From Candidatus Heimdallarchaeum aukensis (GTDB taxonomy: Archaea; Asgardarchaeota; Heimdallarchaeia; Heimdallarchaeales; Heimdallarchaeaceae): a DNA stretch of 64,000 nucleotides. The stretch is taken from positions 128,001-192,000 of the forward strand of contig CP084166.1 of assembly GCA_021513695.1 (NCBI GenBank). Reading direction: 5' to 3'. The position numbers and the translations under genes were made by a program. The notes under the pieces are model-generated. The model made no database searches. It saw only the letters and a program-made list of their open reading frames with translations, and was not told the DNA's origin. This document shows, in pieces, positions 55,810 through 64,000 of the stretch. Positions within the stretch are counted from its first letter, which is position 1, and each line of letters starts with the position of its first letter.

Positions 55810-57255
55810 ATGGAGGCCGTCGTCAAAACCTTGAAAGTGAGAATAAAGAATGAGGTATTGACGACAAGGAAGAAGGAAAGGTTAAGGAGAATAACAGGAA
55901 GAGATACGAGAATAATAGAAAAGTATGTGAGAATAATACACCAAAATAGAAAAAAAATATGTATAAGAACTAAAAAAGGGAAAATAAGAGTACATAGAGG
56001 AAAATTAGACGATTTAACATTAACTACTTCAAGAGTAAAAGAAGAAGAGAGGAGAAAGACTTTTCCTCACGACCTTAAGAAAATGTTCCCCTATTGTTCT
56101 CACAATGAGTTTCAAGAGTGTAGAGATATAGCTGTACAACTATATAAACAATGGTATAGACCTAACACCACTCGTCCTCCAATAAAGAGAGCGAGAAGAC
56201 AACTAATTAATGGAAAGAGGTTCATCCTCATCCATCTACCAAAAGAAAAGAATAACACTCTCACTCGTTGGTGGGTAGGAATAAGAGACTCGTTAGACAC
56301 TTGGAAAAGAAATACCCCCTATCATCAGAAGTTGTGGTTACCTTTAGAGATGAGCGATTTCCACCAGAAAGAGTTAAAAAAAGGACAGATAAAAGGTCTA
56401 GAACTGCGATACAAACGTTCTACAAGTGAGTGGTGGGTATATTTTCAACTAAAAGTTCTTCCTCCTTCTTCTTTTCTAAGCGATAATTCCTCTTCTTCTC
56501 TTCCTCCAGCTGTGCTGGGAATAGATCTGGGGATAAACATTCCTGCTGCAGGAGTGTTACTAACCCCTAAAAAGAAGTTAACTATTAAACAGATAAAATT
56601 CTAGTATACCAAACAGTGGAATATAATCAATCATAGATATAAACTCAAACTTTCCCGTCTTCAGAGGAAAGCGGCTTTAAACGACCAGTCGGGTAAAAAA
56701 CACCAAGTTTATCGTTTTCTTGGTCTTCTTCGTCGGAGATATAGAAACGTTAAACTGGCGTATATCCACCAATTTGTAAACGATGTTGTGCGGACAATAG
56801 AGACTTATGCACAAGTGTATGACCTTTTCGTCGTCGTAGGTTATCCTAAACATATCCGTGAAGAGAAAGGAAAAGGGAAAGTTTCTCGTCAATTTCGCAG
56901 AAAACTTCATCAGTGGAACTATGCTCTTGTTCTTGGTCTTCTCCGTCGGGCATTAATATTAAGAGGTTTCGAATCTCACCGTATTCTCACTTTAGACGAA
57001 AGAGGAACATCCTCTCACTGTTCTCGTTGTGGAACGAAAGTCTCTCGCCCTGTCAGAGGGTTAATCTCTTGTTCTTCTTGTAATTACACTTTCCACTCTG
57101 ACCTCACAGGAGCAATGAATATCGCTCGAAGGTTCCTTGGTCATCTTTTCCGTCCTCGTGCAACAACTATTACTGACCACCTTACTGGCTATAAATTCAG
57201 TCTCACCCATTTCACTGTTTGCCAAGGGCTCAGCCATTGGTTGCAGTCCCAGTAG
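55810..57255 (+). pseudogene. tnpB: TnpB-like (IS605 OrfB / RNA-guided nuclease family) gene interrupted by one in-frame TAG
   Basis: Track ORFs 55810-56604 and 56788-57255 are in the same frame. Codons 56605-56787 are also open and read YTKQWNIINHRYKLKLSRLQRKAALNDQSGKKHQVYRFLGLLRRRYRNVKLAYIHQFVND... RuvC-I is GIDLGINIPAAG. The zinc finger is CSRCGTKVSRPVRGLISCSSCNY. RuvC-III is FHSDLTGAMNIARRF. The single stop is TAG at 56602-56604. Confidence 0.8.
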
Positions 57256-57463
57256 ACAAAAAAAGAAACTAATTACTCTTATCTTTGAGGATAGTTATCT
57301 TTTTTTGTCTCTCGTGGAGCGAAGAAAAAGTTCCTTTCTTCTTTATGATTCCCACGATTCGTGTATGATGTCTGTCTCAACCCCTTCTTTCATTGTATGC
57401 TCTGGTTGAGTTCGCAAGAGATCAAACTCTCTTCTAGTTTTTTCTCTTGAAAGACTGAGTGCG

Positions 57464-57490
57464 AAAAACTTACGTAAAAAAGTAAATCAT
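57464..57490. repeat. Right inverted repeat / junction of the TnpB element (contains TTACGTAA at 57470-57477)
   Basis: Reverse complement of 55626-55652 at 24 of 27 positions. Confidence 0.75.
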
Positions 57491-57527
57491 GAAAAAGAGT
57501 TAAAATCTTCTTTGTTTTTTTTTTGAT

Positions 57528-58550
57528 ATGAAATGGATTTATAAATTTCTAATTAGATTTCTTATTTTTACTCTTCTTTTCGGAATATTTATTGCGATTT
57601 CTGTAAAATTTGCATATGTTGAGCCATCAGAATACATATATTCAGATAATGATTGGGATAATTTCTCTTATACTCCAGAATATAATCATTCTCAGTGGAA
57701 TGTTTTGCTTGATGCTCATTCTCACACTTATTATTCGGATGGTTATCTTTCTCCTAGACAGAATATCCTTTGGCATATCGCTATGGGCTTTAATGCTATG
57801 GTTCTTACTGATCATAATACGTTTGATGGTGTTGAAGAGATATTAAAATTAGCAAGAGAAGAGTTTAATGACTCCATTAAAGTTTTTAGAGGTATGGAAT
57901 GGACTACTGATAGAAGTCATCTAAATATTATTCTTCCTCCTGATGTTACTCCTGAAGATTATGAAAAACTGAAAACACATAAGAGTTATTCTTACACTCC
58001 TACAGATGAAGAATTTAAGAGTATAATTGAAGAAACACATTCTATTGGAGGGTTGGTGATTGTTAACCATATTCCTTGGTCAGAAGAGTTTTGTCACGAT
58101 CAGCCAACAAGAGAGCAATTTCTTGAGTGGGGTGTAGATTATATAGAAATAATTAATGAAGAAACTTATGACAAAGTTTCTGAAGATTTTTGCATAGAAA
58201 ATAATCTGGGAATAATTACAGGAACAGATATGCACAAACCAGAACCAGTTTATGCATGGACAACACTAAATGTTTCTGAATTTTCAGAGGAAACAATCTT
58301 TAATGAACTAAAAGCAAAAAGAACAGGATACATTTTTACTGGAGCAGCTTCTCCTTATCCTATTGAACACAGACATAACCCTGCTTATTCTATTTTTTAT
58401 CCTTTTATCAAAATGGGCGAAGTATTCAGAGATGTTTATTCAAGTCCATATTTTGCAGAATACTTGACTCCCATATTTCTCTATCCTTACTTAATCTTCT
58501 TTTCTGTAGAACTAACCAAATTTGTGATTTATAAAAAGAGAAAGAAATAA
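57528..58550 (+). CDS. Membrane-anchored PHP-domain metal-dependent phosphoesterase
   Basis: An N-terminal TM helix is followed by LLDAHSHTYYSDGYLSP...MVLTDHNTFDG...VIVNHIPW...TGTDMH, the PHP His/Asp motif series. There is a C-terminal TM helix. Confidence 0.75.
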   Translation: MKWIYKFLIRFLIFTLLFGIFIAISVKFAYVEPSEYIYSDNDWDNFSYTPEYNHSQWNVLLDAHSHTYYSDGYLSPRQNILWHIAMGFNAMVLTDHNTFDGVEEILKLAREEFNDSIKVFRGMEWTTDRSHLNIILPPDVTPEDYEKLKTHKSYSYTPTDEEFKSIIEETHSIGGLVIVNHIPWSEEFCHDQPTREQFLEWGVDYIEIINEETYDKVSEDFCIENNLGIITGTDMHKPEPVYAWTTLNVSEFSEETIFNELKAKRTGYIFTGAASPYPIEHRHNPAYSIFYPFIKMGEVFRDVYSSPYFAEYLTPIFLYPYLIFFSVELTKFVIYKKRKK

Positions 58551-58583
58551 TTCTCTTTTTTCTTTTTTACAACTTAATAGCTG

Positions 58584-59663
58584 TTAGATTGGTCTGTTAT
58601 ATTTCCATCTTTCGATTGTTTCTTTCCAGTTTTCATAGATTTCTTTTTCAACTTCTGGTTCAATTTTGTAATTATCTGGTTTATATTCACGGAGAGTATC
58701 TAAATATGATTGAATATCGGGTTTAACCTTATTAAAATCTCCTAATTGGAGCTGAGAGTAGATTTTTTCTAGATTTTCTATAGGATTTTGACAAAATTCT
58801 TCATATTTAATTTCAATAATGTTTTCTTTGGGAATGGATTCAAGGTCATTGTAGAATTTCTTATACATCTCTTTATACATCTCGAAAATAAACTCTTTAA
58901 TTTCAAAATTAGGTTTTTGCAAATAGAATAGCTTTGTGTTTGTATTGTATAATTTTACTGTTGAAAAGAATACTTTGTAAGGGTCTCTATAAATGTGAAT
59001 GAATTTTGCGTTAGGATACAAATCAAGAATAAGTTTTACTCTAAACGTATCCAAAGGATTTTTGAGCAATAGTTGTTTTCCCTTTCCTCTAATTGTGAGT
59101 TTGTTAATTAAGTATCTGAAAGATTCTTTCCACTTTCTTAATTCTTTTTCAGTTGCATCATCAAAGGAGCAATATTTCAAATATTTTTCTTTATTTCTAG
59201 GGAAGAAAAGAGCTGTAAGGGGAGAAAGTAAGCAATAATTAGTTAACGCAAACTCGTGCTCTTGAGGAGTTTTTGCATTCATTTTCATATTATCCATTGG
59301 ACGTTTCTTTGGAATAAGAGGTGACATTATTGTTTTTGTAAACCAATAACTTGTAAGAAATTGATGAGGGAAGGTTGCTTCAACCATGTTAAGATAATAA
59401 TATCTCTTATCATGTAACATTAGTTCTTGTAGGTAAGTTGTTCCTCCTCTCCAATGTCCAATAATAAATATAGGGTCTTTCTCTAACTTAAGTTTCTTTA
59501 TTCTTTTATTCCATATTAATTGTTCAAATATTACAAAAGGAGAAAAAAGAATTGTTACCAATGTTATTGCAAATACCTTTGGCCAATATTTGATGTGAAT
59601 CCTGAATTTGTTTTCCCATAGTAGTTTTATCCATTTAATAAAACTTGCACCCATAAGAAACAT
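58584..59663 (-). CDS. Sulfotransferase family protein
   Basis: 5'-PSB-like loop PIFIIGHWRGGTTYLQELM and 3'-PB-like FIHIYRDPYKVFFS. There is an N-terminal TM/anchor helix. Confidence 0.8.
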   Translation of the reverse strand: MFLMGASFIKWIKLLWENKFRIHIKYWPKVFAITLVTILFSPFVIFEQLIWNKRIKKLKLEKDPIFIIGHWRGGTTYLQELMLHDKRYYYLNMVEATFPHQFLTSYWFTKTIMSPLIPKKRPMDNMKMNAKTPQEHEFALTNYCLLSPLTALFFPRNKEKYLKYCSFDDATEKELRKWKESFRYLINKLTIRGKGKQLLLKNPLDTFRVKLILDLYPNAKFIHIYRDPYKVFFSTVKLYNTNTKLFYLQKPNFEIKEFIFEMYKEMYKKFYNDLESIPKENIIEIKYEEFCQNPIENLEKIYSQLQLGDFNKVKPDIQSYLDTLREYKPDNYKIEPEVEKEIYENWKETIERWKYNRPI

Positions 59664-59780
59664 TGGTACATCAACAGATTGAACAGAAAGAATAGTAGTT
59701 ATAAAAATTTGCTTGAAACGAGAGAAATATTACAGTACATTTAAAAAAAAACTTCTTTATCTTGAAATAATTTGAAAAAT

Positions 59781-60707
59781 ATGCTACATTATCTGAAAGT
59801 TGGAACAATAGTCTTTGGTTGGGCTCTTGCTCCTGTTATTGGAGAGTTTATAATTGATCAAACTAAACAATTTTCTCCTTTTCAACTCTCTTTCCTAAGA
59901 TATTCTTTAGCTGCTATCACTTTAATGATAATTTTTCTCTTTCAAAATCGGGAAAAAAGGCCCTCAAAACAAGAGATGGTAAAAACATTGAAAGATAAAT
60001 GGTTTTTTCTTCTTGTTACTAGTATTTTTGTCTCACTTATGCCAATTTGTCTTTTTTTTGCTGTTAAAAAAACAACTGCTTCTTCTGCATCATTCTTGTT
60101 GAACATAAATGTAGCTTTTATCCCTCTAATTGCATTTTTTCTAGTTAAGGAGAAAATAAAAAAGTTTCAAGCAATAGGTGTTTCTGTTACAATAATAGGC
60201 AGTTTTCTAGTTATTTTTGACAAAAAGATAAAATCACTAGATTTTTCTCTTTCTTCTTTTACTTCTTCTACTGTTGTTGGAAATTTACTCGCACTAGCTT
60301 CAGGTTTAAGCTGGGCGATATATACAGTTTTGCTTAAAAAATTCTATACTGAAGAGGATCCACTATTTATTACTTTTCTAAACTTGTTATTAAGCAGTAT
60401 CTTCTTGTTTCCCATTGCATTCTTTATCTTTCCTTTTTCGATTTCTGTTACCTATTTAGGGATAGTTTTAGTAATATCTCTTGCAATAGTATCAACAGCT
60501 TTAGCTTACACTTTTTGGTTAGATATACTTGCTTATATGAGTACAACAGAAGTAGGAGTTATTCAAGTATTAATTCCTGTGATTTCTGCATTGTTAGCAG
60601 TGTTCTTCCTTGGAGAAACAATTACATTTGTTTTTGCTATTGGTGCTTTTTTAATAATAGTTGGTTTGTTTCTAGTTGAAAAAGAGACTGAGCTAGTTGA
60701 AGAATGA
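59781..60707 (+). CDS. EamA/DMT-superfamily transporter
   Basis: Ten hydrophobic helices in a 5+5 arrangement, with typical EamA segments (ALASGLSWAIYTVLLKKF, FFLGETITFVFAIGAFLIIVGLFLV). The track start at 59772 is TTG; the ATG is at 59781. Confidence 0.8.
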   Translation: MLHYLKVGTIVFGWALAPVIGEFIIDQTKQFSPFQLSFLRYSLAAITLMIIFLFQNREKRPSKQEMVKTLKDKWFFLLVTSIFVSLMPICLFFAVKKTTASSASFLLNINVAFIPLIAFFLVKEKIKKFQAIGVSVTIIGSFLVIFDKKIKSLDFSLSSFTSSTVVGNLLALASGLSWAIYTVLLKKFYTEEDPLFITFLNLLLSSIFLFPIAFFIFPFSISVTYLGIVLVISLAIVSTALAYTFWLDILAYMSTTEVGVIQVLIPVISALLAVFFLGETITFVFAIGAFLIIVGLFLVEKETELVEE

Positions 60708-60763
60708 ATAAATAAATTAGGAAATCAGAAAAATTTATCTGTTCAAAGAAAAACTATTATGTA

Positions 60764-61552
60764 GTGATAAAGTTGAAAATGATAAATGAAGATATTTGTA
60801 TAAGCAAAGATGAGTTTTTGATTGTTCAGGAAAAAGACATCGAATTTAAGAACCCCATAGTTTTCCTTACATATCCTACTTCAGGGGTTATAGGACCTAT
60901 TATTTCAAATCAGATGATCTCTTCTTTAAAATTAAAAGAAATAGGTTTTTTCAAATCTAAGTTCCTCTCTCCAGTTGTTATCTTTACTGACAACGTACTT
61001 AAACATCCTTACCTAATTTATTCAAATCATGATGGGTCAATTGTGTTAATTTCGATTAATTATCCAGTTCCTCAGAGTTCTTACCTTGCTGTTGCCGAAG
61101 GATTGATTAATTGGGTTGATAGAGAACTAAATGCTAAATATATTGTATGTTTAGATGCTATTCCTGTTCAAGTACGACCCGAGAAAAAAATAGTTATTAC
61201 GGCTGCAGAAAAAGAAATTGCAGATGAAATGAAGAAATATGCAGTCGAATTATATGAAGATGGGGTTGTTTTGGGCTTATCAGGAGCAGTGATGAGTGAA
61301 GCATTACTAAGACAAATTGTAGGAATAGCTTTGCTAACTCCAGCTACAGTTAACTTTCCTGACCCAGAAGCAGCTCTACATTTAGTTGAGGTGATAAATG
61401 ACTTTTTTAAGCTAGGTATAGACATCCAACCTTTAATACAAGAATCTGAAAATATTAAGAAACAACTATCCTTAATGTCTCAAAAACAACAACAAATTGA
61501 AAAAGAAAAAATTCTTCCTCCCAGATCTTCTTTGAGAGAAAGCTTCGTCTAA
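60764..61552 (+). CDS. PAC2-family proteasome assembly chaperone homologue
   Basis: NPIVFLTYPTSGVIGPIISNQMISSLKLKEIGFFKS.FLSPVVIF resembles the PAC2 N-terminal signature (glpGvG.vg..a...Li..l....ig.i.s...pp). The length is ~260 aa. The track start is GTG; an ATG lies at 60779. Confidence 0.6.
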   Translation: MIKLKMINEDICISKDEFLIVQEKDIEFKNPIVFLTYPTSGVIGPIISNQMISSLKLKEIGFFKSKFLSPVVIFTDNVLKHPYLIYSNHDGSIVLISINYPVPQSSYLAVAEGLINWVDRELNAKYIVCLDAIPVQVRPEKKIVITAAEKEIADEMKKYAVELYEDGVVLGLSGAVMSEALLRQIVGIALLTPATVNFPDPEAALHLVEVINDFFKLGIDIQPLIQESENIKKQLSLMSQKQQQIEKEKILPPRSSLRESFV

Positions 61553-61592
61553 ACACTACTTTTTTATTATTTTTCATTTTTTCTAATCTGAA

Positions 61593-62561
61593 ATGAAAAT
61601 TTTTGTTACTCGTAAAATACCAAGAGAAGGAATAGAACTATTGATAAAAAATGGTTTTGAAGTTGAGGTTTTTGAAAAAAAAGAACCCATTTCGAGAGAA
61701 GAACTTCTAAATGGAGCAAAAGGAGCAGATGGATTAATCTGTTTGTTAACTGATAAAATTGATAAAGAGATCATGGAAAAAACTGGAATTAAAGCTATAG
61801 CAAACTATGCTGTAGGATATGATAATATAGATATTCAAGCAGCTACTGAACTAAAAATTCCTGTAACAAACACTCCTGGAGTTCTTACTGATGCAACAGC
61901 AGATTTGACATGGGCTTTAATTCTTGCAGTAAGCAGAAGAATTGTAGAAGCTGATAAGTTTGTAAGAGAACAAAGATTCAAAGGGTGGGAACCAATGCTT
62001 TTTCTTGGTGGAGATTTCAAAAATAAGACTATTGGTATCATAGGAATGGGAAGAATAGGAGAAGCTGTGGCAAGAAGAGCAGTAGGTTTTGGAATGAATA
62101 TCATTTACTTTAATAGAACAAGAAAAAAGAACTTAGAGGAAGAATTAAATGCTAAATTTGTTCCACTAGACACTTTGTTAAAAGAAAGTGACTACATAAG
62201 CATTCATTGCCCCTATACACCAGAGACGCACCATTTAATTGATTGGGAAGAGTTTGAGTTAATGAAACATTCATGTTACTTGATAAATACAGCTAGGGGA
62301 AAAGTAGTTAATGAAAAAGCATTGATAAAAGTTTTACAAGAAAAAAGAATAATGGGCGCAGGATTAGATGTGTTTTACAATGAACCAGAAGTTCCAAAAG
62401 AATTTTATTCACTTCCTAATGTGGTTCTTCTCCCACACATTGGTTCAGCAAGTATAGAAACAAGAAACAAGATGGCTGTAATGGCTGCAGAGAATATTAT
62501 CGAATGCCTAAAAGGAAATATACCTCCAAATATTATAAATAAAGAGATATATGAAAAATAA
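61593..62561 (+). CDS. gyaR: Glyoxylate/hydroxypyruvate reductase (D-2-hydroxyacid dehydrogenase)
   Basis: MKIFVTRKIPREGIELLIKNGFEVEVFE...EELL..AKGADGLICLLTDKIDKEIME closely parallels archaeal GyaR N-termini. It also has NAD-binding GIIGMGRIGEAVARR and the catalytic region LPHIGSAS. Confidence 0.9.
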   Translation: MKIFVTRKIPREGIELLIKNGFEVEVFEKKEPISREELLNGAKGADGLICLLTDKIDKEIMEKTGIKAIANYAVGYDNIDIQAATELKIPVTNTPGVLTDATADLTWALILAVSRRIVEADKFVREQRFKGWEPMLFLGGDFKNKTIGIIGMGRIGEAVARRAVGFGMNIIYFNRTRKKNLEEELNAKFVPLDTLLKESDYISIHCPYTPETHHLIDWEEFELMKHSCYLINTARGKVVNEKALIKVLQEKRIMGAGLDVFYNEPEVPKEFYSLPNVVLLPHIGSASIETRNKMAVMAAENIIECLKGNIPPNIINKEIYEK

Positions 62562-62566
62562 AAAAA

Positions 62567-63874
62567 TTAAGGATAAACTCGATTTCGAGTTCTAGGGAAG
62601 GGTAAAGTTTCTTGAATAGAGTCTAAACCACATAACCACCAAGTAATTCTTTCTGCACCAAGACCAAATCCCGAATGTGGAACAGAACCATATTTTCTCA
62701 AATCGATGTACCATTTATAATCCTCTGTACTCCACCCTTCTTCCTTGATTCGTCTGATAAGAGTTTTTAGATCATCTTCTCTTTGTCCACCAGTGATGAT
62801 CTCTCCAAAACCTTCAGGCGCTATTAAATCTGCAGAATAACACCATTTAGGGTCATCTTGATAAATCTTAACGTAAAATGGTTTGTGGTGGGCAGGATAC
62901 ATTGTAATAAAGAATGGTTCTCCAATGATCTTAGATAAAGTTCTTTCTTCTTCAGTTTTTATATCGTCATCCCATTTTAGGTTAAATCCGTTATCATTCA
63001 AAATATCTATTGCTTCTTTGTAAGTTATTCTTTTGAATGGAGTTTTGATTTTTTCTAGTTCTGTTGTATCTCTGTTAAGGGCTTTCAACTCTTTTTTATT
63101 GTTTTCAAGAATATAATGAACTATATATGTTACAAGTTCCTCTTGTATTTTCATATTTCCTTCGAAGTCTACAAAAGCTTCTTCTCCTTCTATATGCCAG
63201 AACTCGTTTACATGTCTTTTTGTTCGCATTTTTTCTGCTCTAAAGCTTGGGGTAACAGAATAAACTTTTTCTAAACCGTATATTAGCGCTTCTAAATATA
63301 ATTGAGCACTTTGACTTAGATAAGCGGTTTTATCAAAGTATTTAAGGCTGAAAAGTGTTGCTCCCCCTTCACAAGCAGAACCAGTTAGTATGGGAGGAGT
63401 CGTTTCATAAAAGCCATTGTTGTAAAACCATTCTCTTGCTGCTCTAAGAACAGAAGCTTTTACTTTCATCACATTAACTGATTTTTGGCTTCTTAAGAAT
63501 AAATGAGCATTATCACGGATGAATTCTTGACTTTGATCCTTCGAGATAGGAAAGACTTCACCTTTATGAATGAATTTAAAGTCAGTTATATGAACCTCAA
63601 CATTATTTATTGCCCGATTATCTTCTACAGGTTTACCTTCTATGATTATTGAATTCTCTATTGCTGCATTTTCTAAATTCTTCCATACTTCTTCTGGTAA
63701 TTCTTCTCTATTTGCAACACATTGAATAAGTCCAGAAGCATCTCTTAAAACAATGAAAATTTTCTTTTTCATTATTCTTATTCTATAAATCCAACCTCTT
63801 AACCTAACAATTGAATCTGTAGGTTCAACTTCATCTGCAAATTTGTAATTTTCGGGCATGATATGGTCTAACAA
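62567..63874 (-). CDS. asnS: Asparaginyl-tRNA synthetase (class IIb)
   Basis: Motif 2 FRAEKMRTKRHVNEFWHIEGE. The C-terminus YKWYIDLRKYGSVPHSGFGLGAERITWWLCGL..IQETLPFPRTRNRVYP matches the AsnRS-specific WY.DLR.YG.VPHSGFGLG block rather than AspRS (G.PPH.G). Confidence 0.85.
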   Translation of the reverse strand: MLDHIMPENYKFADEVEPTDSIVRLRGWIYRIRIMKKKIFIVLRDASGLIQCVANREELPEEVWKNLENAAIENSIIIEGKPVEDNRAINNVEVHITDFKFIHKGEVFPISKDQSQEFIRDNAHLFLRSQKSVNVMKVKASVLRAAREWFYNNGFYETTPPILTGSACEGGATLFSLKYFDKTAYLSQSAQLYLEALIYGLEKVYSVTPSFRAEKMRTKRHVNEFWHIEGEEAFVDFEGNMKIQEELVTYIVHYILENNKKELKALNRDTTELEKIKTPFKRITYKEAIDILNDNGFNLKWDDDIKTEEERTLSKIIGEPFFITMYPAHHKPFYVKIYQDDPKWCYSADLIAPEGFGEIITGGQREDDLKTLIRRIKEEGWSTEDYKWYIDLRKYGSVPHSGFGLGAERITWWLCGLDSIQETLPFPRTRNRVYP

Positions 63875-64000
63875 TAGACCAATAAAAAATTTTGGGAAGA
63901 ATAGTATTTAAATAAAAAAACATTTTTGGTTTGTTTAGAAAAAGTGGAGAAAAAGTTTTTGCTACTCTTCTTCATTTAACTCAAAAAGATGAGATTTAGG

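Larger units (their letters stand above)
55626..57490 (+). mobile_element. TnpB-only insertion element (IS200/IS605-IS1341-like cargo) bounded by 27-bp imperfect inverted repeats
   Basis: It lies between the IMPase stop (55625) and the PHP gene start (57528). By eye the interior is clearly more G+C-rich than the flanks. The ends atgacttatttttttacgtaagtttgt (55626-55652) and aaaaacttacgtaaaaaagtaaatcat (57464-57490) are reverse complements at 24 of 27 positions. I found no tnpA. Confidence 0.7.

Noticed and set aside
55587-55826. 79-aa - strand ORF (Phe/Ser/Pro-rich)
   Set aside because: It is the translation of the polypyrimidine complement of the polypurine tract, it overlaps the IMPase-like gene end, and it has no protein-like features.
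56602-56604. TAG in tnpB as a recoded (pyrrolysine) codon
   Set aside because: TAG terminates at least six confident genes in this window (ends at 9770, 12758, 30492, 51307, 53474 and 55625), and no pyl genes are visible. A nonsense mutation is the more parsimonious reading. Read-through remains testable.
57137-57409. 90-aa + strand ORF overlapping the tnpB 3' end, plus antisense ORFs 56112-56300 and 56677-56910
   Set aside because: They are out-of-frame or antisense overlaps of the TnpB reading frame with no recognisable motifs. The region is better explained by tnpB and its non-coding right end.
63962-64000. Possible 3' end of a - strand gene (…PKSHLFELNEEE-stop) at the right edge
   Set aside because: Only 12 codons are visible, which is too short to support as a feature.

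Overview
This is a strongly AT-rich archaeal chromosomal window with about 50 protein genes. I found no rRNA, tRNA or CRISPR array. The gene content suggests an Asgard (Lokiarchaeia-like) genome, but that is inference from motifs only, with no database search. Supporting genes are archaeal Taw1, tungsten AOR, a PAC2 proteasome chaperone, a methanogen-type SerRS and an archaeal-size AsnRS, together with many roadblock/longin-like, small-GTPase, HEAT and TPR proteins. Housekeeping and metabolic genes: SDR epimerase, HD phosphohydrolase, UDP-glucose dehydrogenase, KamA-family radical SAM enzyme, threonine aldolase, two 2-hydroxyacid dehydrogenases, AOR, OYE flavoreductase, IMPase-like, PHP, sulfotransferase, and MFS/EamA/GtrA membrane proteins. 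Notable observations: (1) A near-identical 3.35-kb head-to-tail duplication (41280-44629 and 44630-47977) has breakpoints inside taw1 and inside an N6-adenine DNA methyltransferase gene. (2) A GC-richer 1.9-kb TnpB-only element (55626-57490) has 27-bp imperfect inverted ends and TTACGTAA at both junctions. Its tnpB has one in-frame TAG and a non-canonical RuvC-II position. (3) Roadblock/longin-fold genes are concentrated here: an Arf-like GTPase abutting a tandem-roadblock protein, two tandem TPR-roadblock paralogues, and one frameshifted roadblock pseudogene. (4) Two inverted paralogous MacB/FtsX-type ABC loci each encode a giant permease and a fused double-NBD ATPase. One locus also carries a 979-aa surface protein with a cytosolic zinc ribbon and a 33-nt tandem-repeat tail. 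(5) A coiled-coil, Pro/Gly-rich protein carries repeated LQKAP/LKKV helices (WH2-like; speculative). Coordinates follow the supplied ORF track, except where its TTG/GTG first start looked like an upstream over-extension. All functional calls rest on motifs read by eye.
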